From a virus, in IMG/VR virus record IMGVR_UViG_3300029566_000017: a stretch of DNA of 61,839 nucleotides; one strand, written 5' to 3'. The position numbers and the translations under genes were made by a program. A model generated the notes under the pieces. The model was given only the letters and a program-made list of their open reading frames with translations. It ran no database searches and was not told the DNA's origin. Positions 24,795 through 33,038 of this stretch are shown piece after piece. Each line of letters begins with the position of its first letter. Positions within the stretch are counted from its first letter, which is position 1.

Positions 24795-25070
24795 ATGACA
24801 CCTTTTGATAAATTCAAGGAAACTGCTGCGCTGGTTAATCTTTGGACAATAGAAGAAAAACCTAAAATTGAAAGATTTGGTTGTAGAAATTGCCAGTACG
24901 CTCATTCAACATTTGAGAGCTTCGACAGGTTTTTCACTGACCAATACGGAATTTGTAACTGCTTGCCAAACTGGTACACTCCGATAGCTCGCATTGATGA
25001 ATGTCCTAAAAAGAATAATCCTAGAGTTGGCAAACTCAGTTCGATTTGCAAAGTTAACACGGAGGTGTGA
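24795..25070 (+). CDS. Cys-rich hypothetical protein
   Basis: ORF. Confidence 0.45.
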   Translation: MTPFDKFKETAALVNLWTIEEKPKIERFGCRNCQYAHSTFESFDRFFTDQYGICNCLPNWYTPIARIDECPKKNNPRVGKLSSICKVNTEV

Positions 25071-25071
25071 A

Positions 25072-25665
25072 ATGGCTAATATCTGTTTCAATGACATTAC
25101 AATGGTTGGAGATAAAACAATACTGCAAAGGCTGCGAGATGATATTGAACGTTACCTAGATGAAAATGATGGCAGCATTTATAGATACGGTAATGAGCTT
25201 TACCCTGGCAGTAACTATGAAGGATGGTTCGACGATGTTGGAGAAGTAGCTAAAGCCAACGAAGAAGAATATTTCTTGCGGTTTACCGTAGACACCAAAT
25301 GGACCCCGGCAATGGACTTTTTCGTAAGACTTGCAAAAGATAAAGGCTTAAAACTTTACTATGCTGCCGAAGAACCTGGCTGCGAGCTTTATCAAACGAA
25401 TGATGTTAACGGTGAGTTCTACGATGAAAGATATGTCTTGTATTGCAGCTGGGGCGAAATAACCTATTATAGTTCAAAGGAAGATTTAGTTGACGGAATA
25501 GCGTTTATGTTCAAAAGACAAGGTTATAAGGTTTTCAACAAAGAAAGCGCAATGGAATGCAGCATAAAGGAACTTGAAAAAATCGGCAGAATATTCCTGG
25601 TAGACGGAACTAACACATGGTTTGACATAGGAGAATTTGAAATAGTTCCTACCGATGAGCAATAG
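25072..25665 (+). CDS. Hypothetical protein
   Basis: RBS GGAGGTG before the ATG. Confidence 0.5.
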   Translation: MANICFNDITMVGDKTILQRLRDDIERYLDENDGSIYRYGNELYPGSNYEGWFDDVGEVAKANEEEYFLRFTVDTKWTPAMDFFVRLAKDKGLKLYYAAEEPGCELYQTNDVNGEFYDERYVLYCSWGEITYYSSKEDLVDGIAFMFKRQGYKVFNKESAMECSIKELEKIGRIFLVDGTNTWFDIGEFEIVPTDEQ

Positions 25666-26320
25666 AAAGGTAGTGGTTAACGTGAAAACATTGTATTTTG
25701 AAGGTGCTGGATGGGAAAAGGCAGAGCGCAGCATCAACACCATAGGCAACTGCCGTGTTAGAACAGCATTTCACCTCGATAACGGCAAGGGCGTTTATCT
25801 TGAAATTGTTTGCGGTGAAATGCTTGGCGAAAGAAAGAAACTTTATGGCGGCTTACAGTATGTAGGCTTCGTAGACTTCTTATTCTACATCACGGACGAA
25901 GAGCCGAACGATGACTGCAATAAGTATAAATTACCCGGTATGCGTAACACTCATTTTGCTTATGACTTCGATTCGATTCTTGATTTTGTGAATAGCCTGG
26001 GAGCGTCGTTTGATAAAATATGTGTGCTGCCAAACCTTGCCGGATACAGAGTACATTCAGATAATAGGGCAAAGCAATACAACTATGCTGATGAGTTTAC
26101 GCTAGACTGGGAGGTTATAAAGAGAGCGAAAGAAATTCACGAATACTTTTACCAGCTGGAGCAATCAGAAGGCAAGAAGTTCCCTAACTTATCTCTGTAC
26201 AATGACGAAGGCAACAAGACAAAGCTTTACTTGATCAGGCATTATAACGGCTATAATAAGAAATGGCTCATTGATGCGTCAAGCGATTCGTGGTTAAAAA
26301 CGATGATTGAAGTATCTTAA
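25655..26320 (+). CDS. Hypothetical protein
   Basis: ORF. Confidence 0.5.
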   Translation: MSNRKVVVNVKTLYFEGAGWEKAERSINTIGNCRVRTAFHLDNGKGVYLEIVCGEMLGERKKLYGGLQYVGFVDFLFYITDEEPNDDCNKYKLPGMRNTHFAYDFDSILDFVNSLGASFDKICVLPNLAGYRVHSDNRAKQYNYADEFTLDWEVIKRAKEIHEYFYQLEQSEGKKFPNLSLYNDEGNKTKLYLIRHYNGYNKKWLIDASSDSWLKTMIEVS

Positions 26321-26321
26321 C

Positions 26322-26357
26322 AAAAAGCCTGCGGGAAATCTCGCAGGCAATATTTTT
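26322..26357. terminator. Rho-independent terminator (AAAAAGCCTGCG...CGCAGGCAATATTTTT)
   Basis: Stem CCTGCG/CGCAGG followed by a T-run. Confidence 0.6.
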
Positions 26358-26370
26358 ATAAAAGATTATA

Positions 26371-26399
26371 TTGATTACATAAAGAGAACGCTGTATAAT
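26371..26399 (+). promoter_or_regulatory. Promoter TTGATT-17 nt-TATAAT for 26433
   Basis: Near-consensus boxes. Confidence 0.5.
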
Positions 26400-26432
26400 G
26401 ATAAGAGATATAATAATTAAGGTGGTGCTACT

Positions 26433-26666
26433 ATGTCAATAGAAAACAAAATCAAGGTATTAATCGCTTCAACAGGAAAAAACCAGGCTACATTAGCTAG
26501 GGAAATGGGCATTACGCCAATGTCCCTGAACTACAAGGTTAAAAAATGCAAATCACTTAAGCTTCTGCTGGAGCTTGCAACTGCCTGTGACTTTGAGGTA
26601 GTTCTGCGCAAGCGTGACGGCAGTATTGAGTATGAGGTAACTAGAGAAGATTTAGAAGAAAACTAA
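26433..26666 (+). CDS. Small HTH DNA-binding protein
   Basis: HTH-like segment NQATLAREMGITPMSLNYKV. RBS AAGGTGGTG. Confidence 0.5.
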   Translation: MSIENKIKVLIASTGKNQATLAREMGITPMSLNYKVKKCKSLKLLLELATACDFEVVLRKRDGSIEYEVTREDLEEN

Positions 26667-26685
26667 CATTTCATAAAGAAAACTC

Positions 26686-26714
26686 TTTACAAAAGCAGAG
26701 AAATACAGTATAAT
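26686..26714 (+). promoter_or_regulatory. Promoter P2, TTTACA-17 nt-TATAAT. Second copy of the promoter-leader cassette.
   Basis: A 90-bp region near-identical to 21640-21722. Confidence 0.55.
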
Positions 26715-26762
26715 ATAATTGTAGGGAAGATAGAAAGCCTACAAGAAAGGAAGTCGGTTATA

Positions 26763-26930
26763 ATGCTGGAAAAGAAAATTGCTGCTTTAAAAAATATGAG
26801 TAAAGAGGAATTAGTTGGTGAGTTTGAAAAAATTGTGCTGTATAATACGCAGCACCTGGAAGCTTGCTTGGGTAAATCTGGTCAGTATGAAGAAGCAATT
26901 AAGGCGGAAATTCTCAGCCGCATGAATTAA
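26763..26930 (+). CDS. Small hypothetical protein, 55 aa
   Basis: Leader GAAAGGAAGTCGGTTATA before the ATG. Confidence 0.4.
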   Translation: MLEKKIAALKNMSKEELVGEFEKIVLYNTQHLEACLGKSGQYEEAIKAEILSRMN

Positions 26931-26944
26931 GGAGGGAGGAAATC

Positions 26945-27397
26945 ATGAAGATAGGTCAAGTCGAGTTCACCTGGCGTGCACATCGTCAGGCGTGTGTTGT
27001 AAAAATCGGCGGTGAACAAAGAGTTTTCCGCTTCAATAAGAAAACGACTCGTAAGGAGCTGTTTGCGAAAATTCGCTCCTTAATTGCAGAAGCAGCTGGT
27101 ACCCAAAAGGTTTGCCAGCATTGCGGTAAGCATTACTTCGGTGTAAACTCGCACAACTTCCTGTGCGGTGACTGTGCTCAGAAAGCTGCTGACATCCATC
27201 GTGAAGGTGTTGGCAATATTAAGGAGTTTTCCTTCAGCGAAGCTTTGCAGTACATTCCTGAAGGCGTTAACCCAATCGAATATGAGCGTAAAATCGACGC
27301 AGAAATTCGTGCGGAACGTCAAGCGTTGGTAGACTTGTGGAAACAAGATGACCAAGCGTGGAATTTGTACTGCTACGGAAAGAGGGCGAGCAAATGA
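26945..27397 (+). CDS. Zinc-ribbon hypothetical protein
   Basis: Motif CQHCGK...CGDC. RBS GGAGGGAGG. Confidence 0.5.
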   Translation: MKIGQVEFTWRAHRQACVVKIGGEQRVFRFNKKTTRKELFAKIRSLIAEAAGTQKVCQHCGKHYFGVNSHNFLCGDCAQKAADIHREGVGNIKEFSFSEALQYIPEGVNPIEYERKIDAEIRAERQALVDLWKQDDQAWNLYCYGKRASK

Positions 27398-27861
27398 AGT
27401 ACGAAGTAACTTTTTCATGCGGTCACACCGGAACGGTACAGCTGTACGGCAAAGGTGATGAGCGTGAACGTAAGATTCGTTATTTTGAAGAATATGGCGT
27501 ATGCTCCGAGTGTTACAAAGAGCGCCGTGCTATAGAAGCAGAAATTGGCTGCAAACATGTAACAATGTTCTACAGGACATATAAAACTGATTATAGTTTC
27601 TGCGACGTTTTAAACGATTCTTACGATAAGCAGGAAAAAACTATTACGGTGTTAGTTCCGGAAGCGTTGGCAGATTTTATAGATGCTAAAAATGAGGGCG
27701 GTGCTACACTGTTTAATGCAGCTATTAAGATTGCTACCAATAACAAAAACAAGGAAGGAAAGCATTACGCAGAGTGCTATGAGATAGTCAAAGCCTATAT
27801 CAAGGAACACGCAGACTTTGCCAAAGAATTACAGGCGTATATGCAACAACAATATAGATAA
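27394..27861 (+). CDS. Hypothetical protein
   Basis: RBS AGAGGG. Motif CGH...CSEC. Confidence 0.5.
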   Translation: MKYEVTFSCGHTGTVQLYGKGDERERKIRYFEEYGVCSECYKERRAIEAEIGCKHVTMFYRTYKTDYSFCDVLNDSYDKQEKTITVLVPEALADFIDAKNEGGATLFNAAIKIATNNKNKEGKHYAECYEIVKAYIKEHADFAKELQAYMQQQYR

Positions 27862-27884
27862 GCAAACCGAAAGGGCGTGATCAT

Positions 27885-28196
27885 TTGAAGCCGGAAGATA
27901 TTATCAAGTCTTACAATGCCGAAGGCAGCATTAAAAAAGTAGCTGCACTGTTTCGCGTTTCAGAGCAGAAAGTCAGAAAGGTTCTCATTGATGCCGGAGC
28001 ATATGAAAGTGATATGTCCATACAGGTCAATGATTTGTATGAGCAAGGTTACAGCGTGGAGAATATAGCCGAAAAATTGCGTGTAAGCAAGAGCACTGTT
28101 TCAGCATATCTGCCATACACCAAAGGCGTGTATCTTGGCGAAAATCCTTCCAGCAATGCTCTTAAAATAAGAAAGTGCAGAGCTAAAAATGGATAA
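27885..28196 (+). CDS. HTH DNA-binding protein (resolvase or sigma region 4-like HTH)
   Basis: HTH segment YSVENIAEKLRVSKSTVSAY. Probable TTG start. Confidence 0.45.
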   Translation: MKPEDIIKSYNAEGSIKKVAALFRVSEQKVRKVLIDAGAYESDMSIQVNDLYEQGYSVENIAEKLRVSKSTVSAYLPYTKGVYLGENPSSNALKIRKCRAKNG

Positions 28197-28458
28197 ACCT
28201 TTACATGATTTGCTAAATGAGTATATAGCAGCTTATAGCAAAGGTGAAGATAACCTAAGAGCGTTTTGGGAGTATGTTATAAGCATAGGAGCTTATGAAC
28301 AGATGCGCCAGCTTGCTGTATACCAGGATGTTATTTTTAGCTACAAGAAAGACCAAACAAAGCCTGCCTGTAATGGCTACTGTGAAAAAGTCTACACAGC
28401 CGAAGATGCAGAGTTCGCCAGGGTACAAATAGAGCACCTTTTAAAATCATGTCAGTAA
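28189..28458 (+). CDS. Hypothetical protein
   Basis: ORF. Confidence 0.45.
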   Translation: MDKPLHDLLNEYIAAYSKGEDNLRAFWEYVISIGAYEQMRQLAVYQDVIFSYKKDQTKPACNGYCEKVYTAEDAEFARVQIEHLLKSCQ

Positions 28459-28551
28459 GGTGTCATTTACAAGGCAATTAAAGGAATGATATAATTAAGA
28501 TGCAACAGTTGGATGATAAATCCTTCTCCTAAAAATATGTTGTGTACTCAA

Positions 28552-28590
28552 AAAGCCGCCTACAAATGTAGACGGCTTTTTAAATGCGTA
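28552..28590. terminator. Hairpin plus T-run (AAGCCGCCTACAAATGTAGACGGCTTTTT)
   Basis: Imperfect 9-bp stem followed by TTTTT. Confidence 0.5.
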
Positions 28591-28610
28591 AAATATAACT
28601 AATTATTTTT

Positions 28611-28639
28611 GAAAAAACACTTTACAAATAAACAAAAAT
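28611..28639 (+). promoter_or_regulatory. Promoter P3, TTTACA-17 nt-TATAAT. Third and most diverged copy of the cassette.
   Basis: Shares CTTTACAAA...GTAGTATAATATAAGT with P1 and P2. Confidence 0.5.
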
Positions 28640-28675
28640 GTAGTATAATATAAGTATAGAAAGGAGGTACAAAAC

Positions 28676-28828
28676 GTGGATGAGGATTTTAAAAATGCAG
28701 CTGAAACTGTTTATTTCCTGGTAAACGCTATATTGGTAGCAATGCAAATACAGGAAAAAATTAAAAAACAGCAAAAAAAAGCAGCAAAAAAGCCCCCTGT
28801 AAATCGCAAGAGCAAGAAGCGTAAATAA
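28676..28828 (+). CDS. Small Lys-rich peptide, GTG start
   Basis: RBS AAAGGAGGT before the GTG. Confidence 0.3.
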   Translation: MDEDFKNAAETVYFLVNAILVAMQIQEKIKKQQKKAAKKPPVNRKSKKRK

Positions 28829-28831
28829 AGA

Positions 28832-28870
28832 GGGCAGCAGGTAGGACGAGCAATCGTCCTCCTGCCTATA
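28832..28870. terminator. Rho-independent terminator (GGCAGCAGGTAGGACG...CGTCCTCCTGCC)
   Basis: Long GC-rich stem followed by TATATTCT. Confidence 0.55.
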
Positions 28871-28891
28871 TTCTACCACGTTTTAACAAAA

Positions 28892-29041
28892 ATGAAAATA
28901 CTAATTTGGTTGTTCACTATTGGCATTGTAGTCGAAGCAGTAAGAAATTTTCCTCAAATGAGCCTGCATGAATGGGTATTGTGGGCGCATGGCTTAGCTA
29001 GTGGAATTGTAATGTTGTATTGGTGGATAAGTAGGGATTAA
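28892..29041 (+). CDS. Small membrane peptide, 49 aa
   Basis: Two hydrophobic segments. No good RBS. Confidence 0.25.
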   Translation: MKILIWLFTIGIVVEAVRNFPQMSLHEWVLWAHGLASGIVMLYWWISRD

Positions 29042-29042
29042 C

Positions 29043-29228
29043 ATGGAAAGTAAAAAATGGGGCGGTGTTCGTGAGGGAGCAGGCAGACCGAAAGGAAAGA
29101 CTGCTGCTGGCGAACGCAAGGGACGCAATATTAGAGCGTTCGATGATGAATGGGAGCTTATAAAGCAATTCGCAAAAATCGTCAAAACTGACCGTCAGCG
29201 AGCGGAAGAGTTGCTAAAATTATTATAG
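29043..29228 (+). CDS. Small basic protein with a GAGRPKG motif, possibly a terminase small-subunit-like DNA-binding protein
   Basis: KWGGVREGAGRPKGKT resembles the N-terminal HTH motif of some TerS proteins. Confidence 0.4.
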   Translation: MESKKWGGVREGAGRPKGKTAAGERKGRNIRAFDDEWELIKQFAKIVKTDRQRAEELLKLL

Positions 29229-29290
29229 TTTTATTGGACAGTGTAAAAAAAGCACTGTCCTTTTTTATTGTAAAAAGATGGAGGTACATC

Positions 29291-29782
29291 ATGGATTTAA
29301 GAAACAAAATTACATTAATGGCGTTATCAGACATTACGCCGTATGAAAACAACCCAAGAAACAACGAAGAAGCTGTTGAAAAGGTTGCCAACTCCATTAA
29401 AGAGTTCGGCTTTAATCAGCCTATTGTAGTTGACAAAGATAATGTTATCATTGTTGGTCATACACGCTATCTTGCTGCTCAGGAGTTAGGGTTAACTGAA
29501 GCTCCGGTAATTGTTGCTGAAAACTTATCAGAAGAACAGGCGAGGGCTTATCGCCTAGCGGATAACAAAACCGGGGAACTTGCTGGCTGGGATTTTGAAA
29601 AACTGGCGTTGGAGCTGGAACAAGTAGAAAGTATTGATATGGGTGAGTTCGGTTTTGAAACACATGATTTAGATAGCGGCAACATTGATGAGTTCTTTGA
29701 GGATGCTAACACCTCATCCGAGCATGAGCAGAAGCCTAAAACTGTAACTTGTCCACATTGCGGCGAAGAATTTGAAATATGA
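29291..29782 (+). CDS. ParB-like nuclease domain protein
   Basis: ParB/Srx motifs PYENNPR and IVVDKDNVIIVGHTRY. C-terminal CPHCG zinc ribbon. Confidence 0.8.
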   Translation: MDLRNKITLMALSDITPYENNPRNNEEAVEKVANSIKEFGFNQPIVVDKDNVIIVGHTRYLAAQELGLTEAPVIVAENLSEEQARAYRLADNKTGELAGWDFEKLALELEQVESIDMGEFGFETHDLDSGNIDEFFEDANTSSEHEQKPKTVTCPHCGEEFEI

Positions 29783-29922
29783 AACTGTATTTAGCTGGCG
29801 GTATGAGCTACCGTGAGATGCTATTTGGGGGGCAATAATGGATTTATATCTTGCAATAGGCGGTGGACAATGGAATAAATATGTTGCTCCTACGTTAAAA
29901 GAAATGGGAGGGGTAAAACGTA

Positions 29923-30762
29923 ATGAAAATCTTTCTGGCAGCAGCCGGTGGCGGATGGAACTGGTTCCAAAGAGCATTTTGGCCAGATCAAGAGAACATA
30001 AAAGCAAAGGAGAGCATCCCTAAAATGAAAATTCATCTTGCAGGGGGAGAAAGCAGAGCCGAAATTTTGGCTGAAGAATCAAAAGTTCTTCGACCGTATA
30101 TCCTTGAATCTTTCCTTATGACAACGCCGAAATCAGTACAATACTTGCCGCTGTATAGTGATTATATGCTCGATTCTGGAGCATTCAGCATGTTGATGGG
30201 CAATGCGAAAAAAGTTGATTTAAAAACTTATGTAGATTCTTATATTGCGTATATCCAAAAATACAATGTGCAGAAATTTTTTGAGCTTGACATTGACCCT
30301 ATTGTAGGCTACGAAGAAGTTTTGAAAATCAGAAAATACATTGCTGAAAAAGTTGGAAGGTCACCGATTCCTGTATGGCATAAAAGCCGTGGCATGAAAG
30401 ATTTTATTGAAATGTGCAAGCGGTATAAGTATGTTGCAATAGGCGGTTATGTTAGCGGCGAATTTACAAAAGGTGAAGTTGAAAAATTTCCTTTGCTTAT
30501 CAAAGAAGCACACTCGCATGGAGCTAAAATTCACGGTTTGGGATTTACTCAATTAAAATATTTGCCGCGCTTTCATTTTGACAGTGTAGATTCTACTGCG
30601 TGGGTATCTGGAAATAGATTCGGGGCAGTATATAAGTTCGATGGAAAAACGATGGTTAAATATAATAAGCCTACTGGTATGCGAGTAAAAAATAAAGAAG
30701 TAGCTATTAATAATTTTGTAGAATGGGTAAAATTCCAAGAGTATGCAAAGACTCATTTTTGA
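29923..30762 (+). CDS. dpdA: DpdA-like (tRNA-guanine transglycosylase-like) DNA 7-deazaguanine transglycosylase. The assignment rests mainly on synteny.
   Basis: About 280 aa, immediately upstream of queC, queD, queE and folE, the canonical phage dpdA context. The start is uncertain; an alternative is the MKIHLAGG codon near 30025. Confidence 0.55.
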   Translation: MKIFLAAAGGGWNWFQRAFWPDQENIKAKESIPKMKIHLAGGESRAEILAEESKVLRPYILESFLMTTPKSVQYLPLYSDYMLDSGAFSMLMGNAKKVDLKTYVDSYIAYIQKYNVQKFFELDIDPIVGYEEVLKIRKYIAEKVGRSPIPVWHKSRGMKDFIEMCKRYKYVAIGGYVSGEFTKGEVEKFPLLIKEAHSHGAKIHGLGFTQLKYLPRFHFDSVDSTAWVSGNRFGAVYKFDGKTMVKYNKPTGMRVKNKEVAINNFVEWVKFQEYAKTHF

Positions 30763-30778
30763 AAAGAGGTAATAACAA

Positions 30779-31468
30779 ATGAAAAAAGCAGTTGTTTTAT
30801 TAAGCGGCGGTGTAGATAGCACTACTTGTTTAGCTATTGCAGTCAAAAAATATGGTACAGAAAAAGTTTTGGCCTTATCTGCTTTTTATGGACAAAGGCA
30901 CAAAAGAGAAATTGAAAGCGCAAAAAAAGTCGCTGCTTTTTATGGCGTAGACCATAAAGAAACTGATTTGTCGCTGGCGTTCTCTATGAGCGATTGCCCA
31001 TTGCTGGCTAAAAGCAAGCATGATATTAAACATGAATCCTATGCAGAACAACTTAAAGAGCTTGGCGGTGAAGGTACTGTTGATACCTATGTGCCGTTCA
31101 GAAACGGTCTGTTACTTTCTTATGCGGCCGCTGTTGCTGTAAGCGTAGAAGCAGAAGCTATTTATTATGGTGCTCATGCTGACGATGCAGCAGGGCGAGC
31201 ATATCCTGATTGTACGCCTGAATTCGTTGATTATATGAATAAAGCGATTTTTGAGGGTAGCGGACGAACCACACATCTTGAAGCACCGCTTATCAATCTA
31301 AATAAAGCAGGCGTTGTTAAGCTTGGATTAGAGCTTAACGCACCATATCAGTTTACATGGAGCTGCTACGAGGGCGGAGAAAAGCCTTGCGGAACTTGCG
31401 GAACGTGTATTGACCGTGCGATGGCATTTGAAGCTAACGGCGTGAAAGACCCTGCGTTGGAGGATTAA
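30779..31468 (+). CDS. queC: 7-cyano-7-deazaguanine synthase
   Basis: PP-loop SGGVDS. C-terminal CGTCGTC zinc motif. Confidence 0.85.
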   Translation: MKKAVVLLSGGVDSTTCLAIAVKKYGTEKVLALSAFYGQRHKREIESAKKVAAFYGVDHKETDLSLAFSMSDCPLLAKSKHDIKHESYAEQLKELGGEGTVDTYVPFRNGLLLSYAAAVAVSVEAEAIYYGAHADDAAGRAYPDCTPEFVDYMNKAIFEGSGRTTHLEAPLINLNKAGVVKLGLELNAPYQFTWSCYEGGEKPCGTCGTCIDRAMAFEANGVKDPALED

Positions 31469-31469
31469 T

Positions 31470-31799
31470 ATGTATACAGTAACAAAACGATTAGAAATTT
31501 CGGCAGCACACCAACTTTCTTTAAATTATGAAAGTAAGTGCAAAAATTTACATGGACATAATTGGATTATCTGCGTAACTTGCCAAAGCGAAACCTTAGA
31601 CGCTAACGGCATGGTAGTAGATTTCAAGCATATTAAAAACCTTGTTTCTGATATGCTTGACCATCAATATTTAAACGACGTTTTACAATGCAATCCGACA
31701 GCAGAAAACATTGCTCGTTGGATTTGCGAAAAAGTCCCGCACTGCGTTAAGGTGTCAGTGCAGGAAAGCGAAGGGAATGTTGCCGTGTATGAAATATAA
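31470..31799 (+). CDS. queD: 6-carboxy-5,6,7,8-tetrahydropterin synthase
   Basis: Motif CKNLHGHNW. Confidence 0.85.
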   Translation: MYTVTKRLEISAAHQLSLNYESKCKNLHGHNWIICVTCQSETLDANGMVVDFKHIKNLVSDMLDHQYLNDVLQCNPTAENIARWICEKVPHCVKVSVQESEGNVAVYEI

Positions 31800-32442
31800 T
31801 GTAGTGGAAATTTTTAAAAGTATCGAAGGAGAAGGAAAGCGAACTGGCTATCCTTCTGTATTTGTTCGTTTGGCTGGCTGCAACCTGCGTTGTAGCTATT
31901 GCGATACAATCTATGCTCAACAATTCGCAGATGCTGCCAGCAGTTATAATGAGCAGGAGCTTATGGATGAGATAAGCGAGTATAACTGCAAGCGTGTAAC
32001 TATTACCGGCGGTGAACCACTCCTGCACGACTTGCAGCCACTTCTTGAACTGCTGCACAAAGCCAAATATGAGGTAAATATCGAAACAAATGGTGCTGTA
32101 CCGCTTTACAAAAAAAGGTTAAGCGGTATTTTTTATACCATTGATTACAAGTGCGGCACGTCTGGCGAATCTAATAAAATGCTAATGGATAATTACAAGC
32201 ACCTTAACGCAAAGGACGTTATAAAATTTGTAGTTGGCAGCAAAGAAGATTTTAACGACGTAGACCGGGTGCTTGACTATTGCAAAAAAATCAAATGCCA
32301 GGCAAAAGTTTACATCTCGCCAGTGTGGGACGCAATCGAACCTGCGGAGCTTGTAGAGTACGCAAAAAATTCGCTGTATAACATCTGCGTACAAGTGCAG
32401 CTTCATAAAATTATTTGGGATAAAGATAAAAGGGGCGTGTAA
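31789..32442 (+). CDS. queE: 7-carboxy-7-deazaguanine synthase (radical SAM)
   Basis: Start MKYNVVEIFKSIEGEG. Cluster CNLRCSYCDT. Confidence 0.85.
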   Translation: MKYNVVEIFKSIEGEGKRTGYPSVFVRLAGCNLRCSYCDTIYAQQFADAASSYNEQELMDEISEYNCKRVTITGGEPLLHDLQPLLELLHKAKYEVNIETNGAVPLYKKRLSGIFYTIDYKCGTSGESNKMLMDNYKHLNAKDVIKFVVGSKEDFNDVDRVLDYCKKIKCQAKVYISPVWDAIEPAELVEYAKNSLYNICVQVQLHKIIWDKDKRGV

Positions 32443-32443
32443 C

Positions 32444-33010
32444 ATGGACGCTAAAAAGCTAGAACAAGCCGCAAGGCTTATTATTGAGGGCATCGGCGAA
32501 AACCCGAACCGAGAGGGACTTCTTGAAACTCCTAAACGGTTCGCAAAAATGCTAATGGAGCAATTAGAGTACGCAAGTGTCAGCAACGATGAAATCGCAA
32601 AGAAATTCAACAAGTGCTTTTCCTGTGATAACGATGATATGGTGGTGTTAAAAGGCATCAACTGCTTTTCTTATTGCGAGCACCATATCGCACTCATGTA
32701 TAACATGACTGTTGATGTAGGCTATATCCCTAACGGTAAAGTTATCGGCATTAGCAAGATTGCACGTATTGCTGACGCAGTAACAAAACGTCTGCAAATT
32801 CAAGAGCGTATCGGCAAGGAAATTCGCGACATTCTTACAAAAATTTTAGGGACAGAGGACGTTATTGTAGTTATTCAGGGCGAACACTCTTGTATGACTG
32901 CTAGAGGAATTAAAAAGCCAGGAGTAAAAACAAAGACTGCTTCTTGTGGTGGACAATTCTTGGTAAACGCAGAGCTGCGAAAAGAATTTTACCTTGTAGA
33001 CAGCAAATAA
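32444..33010 (+). CDS. folE: GTP cyclohydrolase I
   Basis: Motifs CEHHI and GEHSCMTARG. Confidence 0.85.
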   Translation: MDAKKLEQAARLIIEGIGENPNREGLLETPKRFAKMLMEQLEYASVSNDEIAKKFNKCFSCDNDDMVVLKGINCFSYCEHHIALMYNMTVDVGYIPNGKVIGISKIARIADAVTKRLQIQERIGKEIRDILTKILGTEDVIVVIQGEHSCMTARGIKKPGVKTKTASCGGQFLVNAELRKEFYLVDSK

Positions 33011-33038
33011 AATCTAAAGAAAGGACAGGTGTTTTAAT

